Below, piece after piece: positions 1 through 12,958 of a stretch of DNA of 64,000 bases. A model generated the notes under the pieces. It saw only the letters and a list, made by a program, of their open reading frames with translations, ran no database searches and was not told where the DNA came from. The DNA is from Octopus bimaculoides (taxonomy: Eukaryota): assembly GCF_001194135.2 (NCBI RefSeq), contig NC_068984.1, positions 3,970,192 through 4,034,191 of the forward strand, in the 5' to 3' direction. The translations under genes and the position numbers were made by a program. The stretch's first letter is position 1; each line of letters begins with the position of its first letter.

Positions 1-480
1 GACTGCTGGCCTTCGTCAAACAATCCAACGAAACAGGTGGTGATTCAATAAGAGTTAATGCAGGATTAGAACATACAGCATAGAAGGACACAAGAATTTC
101 AATGAGTAGACACCTCACAGGTAAGATCAACATAGACCAAAGATACAAGGAAGTCTTCTGTCAAACACAGATTACAATTCATAGTTGCCATAAACAATTG
201 GCCAATCCATGTCTACATGTAAATAGTAGACAAGTCCATAGTTACATTCAAGCAATAGATCAATCCAGATATGACTGAGTGAGTACCCCCAAAGTCACCC
301 ATATGTCCAGCAGCTACCTCATCAATGCATTGAATACTCCTCAATCCAATACTTGTGTGAGACATCATGGGACAATCAGATTAGGAGACATCAAATTAAA
401 TCAAGATACCTTCAGAACAGTTTGATTAGTTTGGTCACCAGACATCTATTGCTGGATACGTAAACAGCACTAAACTACAA
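1..480 (+). mobile_element. Highly decayed non-LTR retrotransposon fragment, possibly R4/Dong-like
   Basis: TTAGGAGACATCAAA (LGDIK) precedes a degenerate RGIFQGD-like stretch. Weak, judged by eye only. Confidence 0.3.
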
Positions 481-1386
481 TGAAACTAGGCACGTTTCTT
501 TTTAAACTAATAGCAATAACATATTTATCTACAAGGTCATATCTAACAATATGACACCTGATTATTATTATTATTGGAGATTATATCAATGGCAACATAA
601 TGTGGATTAAAAAATATTCCATCTTTGCAGATAAGTTTGTCTGAAAAACGATAATCTTAAGAATTTCTGAGTTATAATCTTATAAAGAGATCTTGAGTAA
701 CAATATGTTTCTGGATGTTTGTCAATAGATCAATACATAACAGGAATTGTAAGGGTTAACACAGAGTACAGCAGCAATAAATTACAATCATGACATACTG
801 AGGTTTTAGAATTTGATTTTGTTTCACAAGTGTTGTTTGGATAAACAGCTTGGTATGAATGAGCTAAATATTGTTTTTATTTCAACGAAATAAAGGTTTA
901 TAGAAGAGAAAGTACAGCAGCAAACAGACTAACCAGTTTATGATGAACTTTATGTACTTTTGTAAACAAGTAATCGAAGTTCAGAGTATTTCATTATTTC
1001 ATTGTTTTCGTGGTTATTCTTTCCAGTAGGAGCTTGTAAATTGGAATATTTTCTACGTGATGTTACAATTTTCATCTATTGTTTGAAGTGGTGAGGAATC
1101 TATTATGATAGGAAAAATAGTGGGAGGGTAATGACATGAATGATGTTGAAAAATTCATAGCCTCCTATTTTGAGTGAAGCCATCTGTAGTTAGAGCATCT
1201 GGCTTTCTAGGATCAGAGATATTTCTCAATATGTGCACAGCTCCATTAACTTCCAGATAAAAGAATTCACATCCAGCAACGTAAACAGTATTTCCTCTGC
1301 AGCACCTCCCTATATGGCCCTACGAATTGGGACATCACTTTGGCTATAGACGGGATTAAATTACCAGCTGATGACTGTTGACTTCT

Positions 1387-1431
1387 CTATAGACAGCCTG
1401 AAACACAAACAGCCATACCCACAACTCCTAC
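1387..1431 (-). CDS. Candidate terminal coding exon (VGVVGMAVCVSGCL*)
   Basis: Acceptor CTGTTTTAG|G, phase-compatible with 8668-8765. Minus-strand AATAAA at 876-881. Confidence 0.2.
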   Translation of the reverse strand, partial: VGVVGMAVCVSGCL

Positions 1432-2338
1432 CTAAAACAGTTCAATTATTTCAAATATTAATAACTGATTAAAGACGAGATAATATCAAACAACAAGGTA
1501 ACAAATATAAGAATACTTGTCTTTAGTTTTCCTTAAGAGTTATCAGAAAAGTTCATCAAATCTTTTATAAACACAAAGAACAACTTCATTTCATTAAAGA
1601 GTCCTGTCAATTTAATTTTACCAGTCCAATATAATTTAATGATTGCAACATAACTTTTCAGTTAGCCTGATAGAGTAAATCTGATTTTTGACATATTTAT
1701 TGACAATAAAGCAATGACAAATTGAAATAAAACCAGAGCATAAGATGGCAATAGGAATGTGTGTGTGTGTGGGGGGGGGGTTATAAGGAGACTAGAAGCA
1801 ATATAGCTGAATGGGTGTTAATTAATGAGTTGCTTACATCAGTGTAATTCGTCAGAAATGATACAACAGCCTTAATAGATAAACACAAAGATGATAGAGA
1901 CACTACAGAAGTACTTATTAATAATGGAATTTTTATTGTGCATATCATCATTTTTAATTTGAAATAGAAAATATAAATTTTTTAAAAATCCAGAAAGTCA
2001 AGAGGAAAATGGAAGTATTTAGAGTTTCAATTAAGTGTCAAAGAGATGAGAGAAATTAAATAATAAAGAGGGAGAAAATTGAATATCCACAATATTTAAA
2101 TATATTTGGATGAAGGTAAGAGCAAAGAGGAGGAAATAGAGAAATATAAAACAAAAATGAATTTGTGTTAAATGATGATGGTTGCTTTAATAAAGAAAAC
2201 ATGGAAGTTAACAAAAAAAAAAAAAAGACTATCAATTGCCGATAATTCTGAAATAAGATAATCTGGTTGAGAAAGTAAATTATAAAATAAGGAGAAGAGA
2301 GAGTGAGATATATGTGTGGGGGTACAGGACAAGATATT

Positions 2339-2340
<2 letters not shown>

Positions 2341-2387
<47 letters not shown>
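2341..2387. repeat. (GT)n microsatellite
   Basis: Direct inspection. Confidence 0.98.
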
Positions 2388-2389
<2 letters not shown>

Positions 2390-2479
2390 TATGAGATAAG
2401 TATGTGTGTATTTATACAGGATAAAACATGTATGTATATTTATATAGGATAAGAATATAAATGAGTGTGTGTAAATAAT

Positions 2480-2960
2480 TTATCATCATCATCATCATCA
2501 TCCATTGCTTTCCATGATAGCATGGATCATAGAGTTCTTCATGGTCCTGGTCCATATTCAGATTCACCAGATGAATCAAATGAGCACATCTCAATCACAG
2601 GACTATTTCTGGCCTGCTTTCTCCAGTTTGATGACCTTCTTCTCTCCCCAGCCACTTTCAAGAGATTACTAGGTACATTTTACCAGGGCACCTGTAGCAG
2701 AGCAGTAGTTATGTTCTTGTCAAAACTAAAGACTCCTCTCATCCCTTCATTGCCGCTATTCACTTGCCAACCATTCTACAGAGTTCCATATACCTTTCAT
2801 TGCAGTACTAGTGTTTGAAAAGATGCTATGTCCTCATTACCACTCTAAAACAACCACTGCATTCTGCATTGCCCCTGCTTCTTTACCAATAAATTTACTG
2901 AATGTAATAGCAAGGTAGCCTTAGATCACAGAAGAATAAAGATTGCTCACTATTTTACAA
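2480..2960 (-). mobile_element. Decayed RTE-like LINE 3' end
   Basis: Minus strand ends in CCATGCTATCATGGAAAGCAATGGATGATGATGAT, the common tail, preceded by a G.RRRG-like remnant. Confidence 0.5.
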
Positions 2961-4795
2961 TGTGCTTGCATCATCATGGTAAAGTGTTCAAGATGGTAAA
3001 GAGAAGAGAAAGTAAGGATAGAAAGATCAAGAAGCGTGGATGAAGATTGCAATAATGGGGGGGGGGGAGACTGTTGGAGAGTAATAGGGTTGGTAAGAAT
3101 GTGTGATGGACATCAATAGCATGTAGCTCAAAGGAGAGGGAGTGATGACTGGCAGTACAGAAAGGGTGATAGTATTTATTCAGAGGTCCTGTATTCATTA
3201 ACAACACTGGTAGAGTGATACAGCAAACAAAAGAGATGGTGAGTATGTATGATGGGAAGAAGAGTGAATGAAAACAAAGTGATTGAGGGAGGAGTAATAT
3301 CAAATCTGGGTGATGAGCAGATGCAGATTTGGAAAGAACATGCTGGACAAGGGACATGAATAAGAATAAGCACATGCATAAGCAAATACACATGTATATA
3401 AATGCACATGAATAGTATTTTAGTGGGGTGGGGCAGGAATATGCAAATCCTTGTGAAAATCAAGTAACCCTAACTAAAAATAGTCCACCCTGAATATTGC
3501 CTTCCAATATACTACTAGTTGCCTGTCTAAAAGTTTTTTTTTTTAACCAAGTCTTTTCAAAGTAATGAAAACTTGAGAAATTACAAACCACATTTCAAAG
3601 TAGAGCAACAACAGAATGTGTGCAGTCATGCATGCATGCAGCACAATACTTGACTCCATGTATATAAATATGGGAAGATAGGAACAGATTTTGAAAATTG
3701 TGTATGTGTGTGTGTGTGTGTGTGTGTGCGTGCATGCACGTGTACAGATAATATGCTCGTGTGAATTCATCTGGTGCTTCTTAACTAAAACATTAACTGA
3801 TTGCACCCTATAACCAGTATTATACTCTATCCATGGCAAAAGCATTTTGTTTACACAGAGTTCGCCTACAAATAGACTCTCTAAATAAGTAAGATTAGTT
3901 TCTATAAACAGCAAGTGCTCTGTACAATTAATGAACACTTTAAAGTAATGGCTTGCAGAAGACATGTAATCTTTAATACACTCTCTGTCTTTCATTTCTA
4001 CATGAAGGCTGGTTGTTCATACTGAGAGACAAATTCAGTTTATATCATATAGAAAACTGTTCTGGTTAGTTAATGATTTAGAGAAGCCTTTTAATCAATC
4101 TGATACCACTATAAAACAGACCTCTGGACCCAACCAAATTCACGATGGAAATTTTTATATTTAAATTAAAATCTCAATGTTAAATGAGTTTAAGATTTTA
4201 ATTTGTTTTGTTTTTTTTCACATTCCGCTTACAAGTTTTCAGTGAGAACCTTCTTAAGAAGTCATTTAAAAAGTTATTTTACTAAACTTCAAGTTTTTGA
4301 CCAGTTTGAAATATGGAGAGACAGGTGATAATACCTTTCAATAGAAACTGTGTTCACTGTCACACATAAGCATATATAGGGAACCGAGACTCCTGGCAGT
4401 TTGCTGTGCTTCATAAGACACTTCAAGCTAAGTAAAAGCATGGTTGCCTTTGCATACAGCCTCGTCCCTGCAATCCTCTCCAGCTGAACATCCCTAATCT
4501 TCCAGACACATTAGAGATGGTGCCACATAAAAAGCATCCCCTACACTCGGTAAAATGGTTGGTGTTAGGAAGGAAATCCAGCCACAGAAACCATACCAAA
4601 ACAGACATGGAGCCTGAACAGCCCTTCAGTTGATCGGCTTTTATCAAACTGCCCAGTCCCATGCCAGCATGGAAAATGGACATTAAATGATGACGATGAC
4701 GTTGAGATATATATATCATCACCCAAACTAAATGTATTCTTATTTACAAGTGATGTGTATACACATACAAATGCAGTCAACGCATGTGTGTGTGT

Positions 4796-4836
<41 letters not shown>

Positions 4837-5235
4837 AAAGATGTATGTTAAACATGGTGTATATAAGTGTAAACCACATGTAGATCAGCAACAGATTATC
4901 AATGTTTCCTCTACAGGATGAAGTTTTGCTAGCAATGCTGTGGGAAGAGGCTGTGTGCAGGAAGGAAACTTTTACACACCTACATTGTGAAAAGCAAACA
5001 TAAAAAGAAAAAGGAGAATAAAAACCAAAAAAAAAAGAAAGAAAAACTTCACAATAAAATAAGGAAAAAATATTGCCAAGTGAAAAGTATGATGTGGTTA
5101 TTGTTTCTGTAATTAGTAATTTATTTAGTTTTTGACAGTTTCAAAAATTTCAAGTGAGAGCAACAAAATGTTTTTACATTCACAAAGAGAGAGACAGACA
5201 GACAGACAGGGAGATGTGTATGTAGGTGTATGTGC

Positions 5236-5266
<31 letters not shown>

Positions 5267-5659
5267 AACACTGCATTTAGTTTTAGATAAATATATGTCT
5301 AAGTAGCATTTCCCTAAATAAGTTAGTTTTTTAAGCCATTCTTGGTATCACAATGTTCATCAGCTGTGCCATTGGTACCATCAATCATCAACATGATTGC
5401 AATCAAATCTCTGTAATTGCTGTCATCATACTCATCACCACTTGATCATCACTCATATGATTGTTGTCATCATCATCATCATCATTATGACCAACATCAA
5501 CAATTTTGCTATCATCATTACCAACATGGTCTTTGCTATATAATTGCTCCCATCCTCATCACAATCAATGTCAGTATTTTTGTTGTCATCCCTATTGCTA
5601 TCTTTAATATCATTGGTATTATTTCAAGCATCATCATCATCATCATCTTTAGCAACAGG

Positions 5660-6090
5660 TGCCATTAAGAGGCATACGGAGTTAGAAATAATGGAAGATT
5701 GAAATTGGAGAGAGTTTCAAGTCTGTCAAGGAAGATCATGATGACTGCATCAAACTGTGATAGGAATGAAGTGAAACAGTAGAATCAAAAGAAAGTTGTA
5801 TCGATAACTAAAAGGGGGTAAAAAAAGTTCCATCGAAAGGAATATGGAAGAGAGAAGACTGGGATTTCAAACAGGAATTTCTTTCGTTTTGGGTAGTGAC
5901 TTGGTTAACTAAGTTAATTATGTGACAGAGATACATACCAGCTTCCATCATGAGTATGACACCAATACCATAAAGTCTAATAAGAGCATTAGGGAGAAGA
6001 CATTGTAGGAGAGTTAAACTGATGGGCAAGGTTACATAAGAGGAGAGTAAGGAGTCTATAGTAGTTAGGAGTAATATTAGCTAAGGGTTA
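5660..6090 (-). mobile_element. Decayed APE-endonuclease region of a CR1/L2/Jockey-like LINE
   Basis: Pyrimidine-rich minus strand with weak APE-like remnants. Similar decayed tracts occur at 2975-3460, 15600-15990, 29470-29690, 45250-45650 and 48380-48900. Confidence 0.3.
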
Positions 6091-6199
6091 AGTGAAGGGC
6101 AAAGATCCAAAACATTAAAGTCATCACTCCTCACAACAACTGAACTTATTGAAACTTTTCTAAGAACCCTCTTATAGACTAACTGCCACCAACACAACA

Positions 6200-6420
6200 A
6201 ACCATTGCCAGTTTCTATGAATTCCAAATTTTACTCCACACAATGATTAGAATGAACAATAAACACTTGAGGCTGCACCAAAACAAGGATTACTACCAAT
6301 GAAACGGCTACAATTCTAATGATTCAATGGCAAAAGTTCTTGAAAAAGAATATACAACTGTATTTTACCTTCATCAACCTGTAGAACAGCTGCTATAGAA
6401 TCCCTCCAATCTGCAGTTTA
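6200..6420 (+). mobile_element. Decayed RTE-like RT fragment
   Basis: Remnant resembling Q.K.LEKN..LY..FI.L.KA.DRIP. Confidence 0.4.
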
Positions 6421-8220
6421 TTGAGACAACTAGAAGGAAGTAAATATAACCCAAACATTTAGGGCAGGGCTGTATAAACAACAGAGAGTGATTCAATAAT
6501 AAACTCTATATATTAGGTGCTCCAAAGTCAAACCTCTCCCTTCTTCAGTATTTTAGGAGAATAATAATAGAGTTTGGGTCTGGATGTCATTGAAATACTT
6601 TAGTATTGAGGATTTGTTTTTCATAGCAAAATCTACATGTGAAAAAAAAAAAAAACTTCAGAAAAAGAATGACAAACCCCTGGAAGTTGTCTTACTTGAT
6701 ATGTTGAAGTGCACAGCTAAAGATCATTGTGCATTGGACAGGTCCAGAGGAATCTCTGGTATTTTAACATCGAATTGGAACTTCATATAAGCAAAATCTA
6801 TCAGGTCAGAATTCTTCTAGCTAAAAGTTCATATTGATATATCTATCCATACATACAGGCATGTCATTTACAGCCATGCACTCCCCACCACCCAGTCCTT
6901 CTTTCAGTTGAGAGGTCCTTATCTTGGAAGCTTGTGAGTGTTAGTGCCACATAAAAAGCACCTGTGCTCGTATCCCATAACAGCACCCTTGTCAGTGCCA
7001 CATATAAAGCGCCCAATACACTCTGCAAAATAGTTGGCATTAGGAAGCACATCCAGCCATACAAATCATGCCAAAATAGATAAATGGAGCCTGGTACAGC
7101 CCTCCAGCCTTGCCAGCTCCTGTCAAACTGTCCAACCCATGCCAGCATGGAAAACAGATGTTAAATGATGATGATGATGACTGTCCCAGAGAAGGGTAGT
7201 GTCAATGAGAGGATGAAACTATTGCTGTTAAGGCAGTTTTGTCATTGAAAATGTATGTTGTTTGGTAGCTGCAAGGACACGATAACAGTATGAACAGCAA
7301 ATAACGCTCTGGCTAAAACAGTGATGTTAGTAACAGAGATGCCAGAGTGGTGTTAGGAAGTCTGGAAGATGACGATAATGAGGGTTTGTATAATCCAATG
7401 AACATCTTACACTGAGTAACCTATCATTTATATTTTATACATGTCTAAGAAATATAAAATAAAATAAGGTGTGCAAAAGTTTTAGAATTGTGTAGAAATA
7501 ATTACTTTTGTGACTTTCTTTTTGACTTTTTCTGAAATATCTCTAATATTGTTGAAATTAACTACTTACTAAAATGACAAAATACATGAAAATTATGTGA
7601 TTTAATTATAGAAAATTAGAAAATTTTGTAGTAATTTGAACCAAAAATGAAAATCGTTATGGCAGGTAAAGACTGAATGATTGTTGAGTTGAAAAGAGGT
7701 TTAAAATGACATTAATCAGAGCAAATATGGAAATGTTGTTCAACCGGTAGAAATGAATTGGAAAAATAAATGGGAAAGTAACATTAGTGATGAAATAAGG
7801 TTAATAATAATAACAACAACAATAATAATGATGATATTAAAGAGGATGGTGAAAATGGATAAGTAGAGTAGTGATTATGATGATGATGATGATGCAGATA
7901 TGAGAAACAAAAAAAAAAATGTTCAAAATTTTTGCCACAGAAAGTATTGATGACAATGTAAGTAAGATAAAACATAAAACACTGAAGGCAACTTTGAATG
8001 TAATTATGTAATTTCTTAGATTAAAGAGCCTTAAACTGTACAAACATATATATATATATATATATATCTTCTGACATTTATTTGAATATGTACTATGTAT
8101 ACATATATACATGTTTGTATGTGTATATACACATACATACACACAAGTAGATTAATACAGATATATAGGAAGGTAAATAGATTACTATTAGGCAAACACA
8201 AATGTATGCGTGTGCGTATA

Positions 8221-8254
<34 letters not shown>

Positions 8255-8667
8255 GACACACACATGTATGCATATACATACATGTATGCACGTGTGTGTG
8301 TTTTATTCATTTGTCTTAATGTTCATTTTCCCATGCCAGCATGAGCTGAATGATTCTATATTATCAAAGCATTGTTTTTGCAGTCGAATGCCATTCCTTT
8401 TGCTAACTAAAACAGGATTATTCAAATAAGGGACATTTTGTTTCCCTCACACACACATTTGAAACCACAGAGCCTACTTGTTCCGTCACTACTGTAATGA
8501 CCTTGTATGCCAACCACTCAGGCGCACCTCACCCACTCAACTTTCTACCATTCATCATTTTTGATATGTTGTCTGCTTTGCATTTAATTATGCCCAGTCC
8601 TTTCTCCCCTATAACATAGGCCCTCTAGAATTTTTGCCCCACTCATTGTCTTCTTGCAGGTGCTAAC

Positions 8668-8765
8668 CTGCAACGGTTTAAATGAAACATGAACAGCAGC
8701 AAATTCACCGAATTCAGTGGGTCTACAAGTGTCATTAGTAACACAGCTCCCTTCACACTCATCAC
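8668..8765 (-). CDS. Candidate coding exon of unknown product (DECEGSCVTNDTCRPTEFGEFAAVHVSFKPLQ)
   Basis: Canonical donor CAG|GTTAGC in phase 0 and retained CpGs, but the upstream boundary is TTTCAC rather than TTTCAG. No homology recognised. Confidence 0.25.
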
Positions 8766-8842
8766 GTGAAATAAATACACACACACATCATAAATGAGCA
8801 ATGCTCCTTCCTCCAGATTCAACAAAATACAGCTATATATAT

Positions 8843-9130
8843 CATCATCATTTAATGTCCGCTTTCCATGCCAGCATGGGTTGGACGATTTGACTAAGGA
8901 CTGGTGAACCAGATGGCTACACCAGGCTCCAATCTGATTTGGCAGAGTTTCTACAGCTGGATGCCCTTCCTAAAGCCAACCACTCTGAGAGTGTAGTGGG
9001 TGCTTTTACGTGCCAACAGCACAAAGGCCAGTCAGGAGGTACTGGCAACGGCCACGCTCGAAATGGTGTATTTTACGTGCCACCTGCACAGGAGCCAGTC
9101 CAGCGGTACTGGCAACAAACTCACTCGAAT
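8843..9130 (-). mobile_element. (GAT)n-tailed retro-repeat (RTE-tail family) with two internal ~60-bp units
   Basis: CATCATCATTTAATGTCCGCTTTCCATGCCAGCATGGGTTGGAC...GGATGCCCTTCCTAAAGCCAACCACTC. Confidence 0.9.
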
Positions 9131-9500
9131 ATACACACACTTATTTTAATACACATATAGACACACATGAACACTCATGAATACATATACACAGTTTATA
9201 TATTTCTCTATATGTGCTGCTTTATGTCAAATGCATTTTTTACTGTAACTGGAATCATGAGACAAACTTCCAAGTTCAGTTTCCAGAAACAAAGAAAACT
9301 ATAAATATACACACACACACACTCAAATACATATATATAGGAACAATCTTATCTATTGATTAATTAAAGCAAAATAAGGAAAACTAAAATTGAGATTTTA
9401 AACAAGCAATCTGCTTGAATTCATTGAAAATATCTACCTGGAATGGAAATAAAACTTTTATCAGTTTCAGTGAATTGATAGATTTGTGTGGTGACAATCA

Positions 9501-9512
9501 GTGTGTGTGTAT

Positions 9513-9597
<85 letters not shown>
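9501..9597. repeat. (GT)n microsatellite
   Basis: Direct inspection. Confidence 0.98.
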
Positions 9598-9599
<2 letters not shown>

Positions 9600-9938
9600 T
9601 GTGTGTACGTGTGTGCACGTGTATGTGTGAGTATATAATTGTTCTAATAAAGTAAATTGCTATAAAAGATCTTTCAGTTATATATCATCAGACTACAGAC
9701 TGTTGTTAATATCTATTTTGAGAAGTAGCTTAGAAGCACAAAGACTATTCCATATGAAATCAATAACCTTTTATACTCTGCTCTAGCTTTCTTCAACTTT
9801 CCAAAATATGACAATTTATTACTTTCAGAAAAGTGAAGTAATTGTGCTTAAACCTAGTAAATATCATCCATCAATGTTTTTCCAGTCTTCACTACCAATG
9901 AAATGCCACTTGTACCAATTTATTACAACCCCTTTCTT

Positions 9939-10087
<149 letters not shown>

Positions 10088-12229
10088 TTAATTCTATTCA
10101 GTCCTTTAAATGGTTATCAATCTCTTTAAGGTTGTATTATCTTGGCAAATATATTTATTGACTTGTTGAAAGATATATTTCTTTAATCTACTGGCTGGGA
10201 ACAACATGCATGTGTGTCAACATACAACACAACCCTGCACACACAAGTACGGAGAATGAGAGAAGGGATTCCAGTAAGAATTCTTTTTATATGACTTACA
10301 GAAAGAAGAGCAGTGATCATGACATTTTTGCAGGACCTTTGAGACAGTTCACGCCAGCACATGTGTAGGAGCACCAGGAAACATTAGTATGAAATATACT
10401 GAGTTACCCTCAAACCGGACCCCTGATTCTCATGTTTGCAACAGATCAGGTTTCACTAAAAGAAAGTAAGGTCTATACTAATTTGTACCCAGTGAACTTC
10501 TGTACAATGTCTGTGAAGCCAATTTTACTTGTAAGGCTCAGATCCATCCAAAAAAACATGCTAGAAGAATCTAACCCAAACTTCCACATAACTGATTGAA
10601 CCTAGAAACATGATTGTGAACTTTTGAAACATTTTCAACCATACTTACACCAAAACTTGCTGCTATGGAACAGACATTAGGCCACTGAGTTTAGAAAAAT
10701 CTAGAGAACAGGAGTTCCACATGACTATGTTTCAACAGCCTCTTAAGCATTACTGGTCACAAGACTAAATGAAACACAAAGGAAAGAAGCTGACCAGAAC
10801 AAAACATTTGCTTCTGTCAGTTTACATTTTTACAATGCGGAGTCTCTATAGGAAGAAGGTAAGTTAACAAAACTTTTTACATGAATTTAGAAAAGTATAA
10901 AGGGTAACTGTGAAGAGGAATGTGCCAATTAATTGATGGCTGATATTGATATATATATATATATATATATAATTCCAGCTGAGCCACATTCCACATAGCA
11001 AGGGACAAATGTTATTTTCCAAGCAAAGGCTCCATTAGAGTAGGAACTCCAGTCGGAAACATCATTTACATTTGACACAGAAAATCTTTTCCTTAACTTT
11101 TTCTTATGAACCAAGGAAGTTTAATTGTTAACATAATTCACATGTAATCTTGCCTTCATAATCTCAACATATTTTTTTTTAAGTAACAAAAAGAAGACGG
11201 ATTAAACAGACCCAGACTAAAGATAATCATGATTGATGACTGTAAAGAAAATTAATATATAGAATTTGACTGAAATAGCTGCTGTTTTTTAAAAGCATAG
11301 TATACTAGTTAATACATGTGTGAGGATTAAATAAATGGACCTATTCATGTTGATTGCCATATCATAACGAAGAATACGAACACATAAAAATTACTTCTGC
11401 CAATGTTAATCCAGTCTAAGTTATTTCTGCAACCACCAGACAGATAATTTGTTAAGCTATACCAATCAATTACTAATTAACCTTTCTAGATTTTTACAAT
11501 AACCAACATATTTCTAACTGTAACTAAGACCAAATAACTAATACATTTCACTAACTCAGACTAAAGCTACATATAATAATTAATCAACACATAGGGAGGG
11601 ATTATTATGTAATATGTATGTGATTACTATGTAATATGTATGGTTAATTTTACGTATTAATATTGCTCTCATTATCTTTGTTTATTTTATTAATATATTC
11701 ACTGTTGGACATTATTTTCATCTTGGATGTTTCAGTTTTCATTAACATTAATTGGTTTATATTAGACTCCTACCTTCACAAGAAGTCTGTCAGAAATAAA
11801 ATAAGAGAGGGATCTGAAAATGAAAATAAACAAGCTGGTCACTAGTAGAGGACTTTTGCCAGTCAATGTTATAGTTTTTGTCAGCTAAGTATATTTCTCA
11901 GTTGATTCAGAAAGTAAAAGAATTGGCTCTGATGACAGAATATAGACAACAATACACCATTAGAAGATTTAACAGTTGTAAAGGTCAAATGTCAACTTAC
12001 ATCACTTTGGTAACTTATCAAGAAATGCCAATACTTTTGAACTGCAGCATTTAAAAAAAATAAAATGTGGTTATATAAATTTTGTGTTGGAATTTTTTAT
12101 CCTCTGTAGTTGCAAGAACTGCTTTGGTACCAGGGGCTTTGCAGAATTATGGGGTTACCATTGGTCACATTTTGTATCCAACCAATGACTCTACTCAAAA
12201 ACCGGGATGTGTCTTGTTACTTGTGTGAT

Positions 12230-12485
12230 TGAAGAAGGCCAGCTCAGGCTGTTTGACCATGTTGCTCAATTTTCCAACTCAGACCCTACATACTGTGTTC
12301 TCTTTACTGAGGATCTGGTTGGGTTGATGACTTGTGTTGGTCAGCAAGATGAGGAGGTATCTCACAGAGATGGGGACTGACTGGGACTCTGCCTGACAGG
12401 TCACCCATGAAGACTTAGGAGTATACTGACAGACAGTTACTACAGCAATGTGCTGCAACAGTGAATACCTCCACACCTGACCTGT
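12230..12485 (+). mobile_element. RTE-clade LINE 3' end of a different family, with CCTGA-type tail
   Basis: CAGCTCAGGCTGTTTGACCATGTTGCTCAATTTTCC reads QLRLFDHVAQF, similar to QLRLFGHVAR. Ends CACACCTGACCTG. Confidence 0.7.
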
Positions 12486-12829
12486 AGTTGCAAACACACT
12501 TAAGAAACAATGACAATCCTTAAGGAAATGCTCTGAGAGCTGATGTTGAGCCCCAGTTTCTTGACCTGAAACAAATGAGAAAAAACGCCCCAATCAATGA
12601 TACAATTAGTGTATGATAGATAACATTCTCATATGATCTAATCCTTACTTCCAAACGATACAACTTTTATTTCCAAATAAATGATCTGCTCCCTCTTTCC
12701 AACAATTTCATAACAAAATGGAGCAAAGTGTTTTAAGCAGCAGTTAATTTGAACCAACGAACAACAAACGAGTGGTTCCAAACCAGATCCTATTAGCTAC
12801 CATGTAAATTCAATGTCACTAATATTACT

Positions 12830-12958
12830 GAAGTCAGCTTTACCTTTCATTCTTTTGGAGGTCAATAAAATAAGTACCAGTCATGTACTGGGGTTGATGT
12901 AATCGACTTGCAACCTCCCCAACAATTGCTGGCCTTGTGCCAAAATCTGAAACCAATA
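12830..12958 (+). mobile_element. SINE 3' part, 43975 family
   Basis: CCTTTCATTCTTTTGGAGGTCAATAAAATAAGTACCAG...GGGGTTGATGTAATCGAC. Confidence 0.75.

Noticed and set aside
1100-1320. 71-codon open frame GHIGRCCRGNTVYVAGCEFF...
   Set aside because: No start codon, only a modest acceptor, no recognised domain, and the length is within chance expectation.
1355-1410. CTGATGA...GAAAC motif
   Set aside because: Extra bases lie before GAAAC and I could not find stem I or stem III partners or an NUH site.
3543-3995. 150-aa minus ORF (MKDRECIKDY...)
   Set aside because: It is partly extended by a (CA)n tract, has no homology or convincing donor, and is phase-incompatible with the neighbouring candidates.
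6696-6821. Minus-strand AG/GT-bounded segment KNSDLIDFAYMKFQFDVKIPEIPLDLSNAQ*SLAV
   Set aside because: It has an in-frame stop, no recognisable homology or SECIS, and such segments are expected by chance.
11086-11115. U12-type branch-site match TTTTCCTTAAC on + strand
   Set aside because: No open exon follows and no upstream ATATCC/GTATCC donor was identified.
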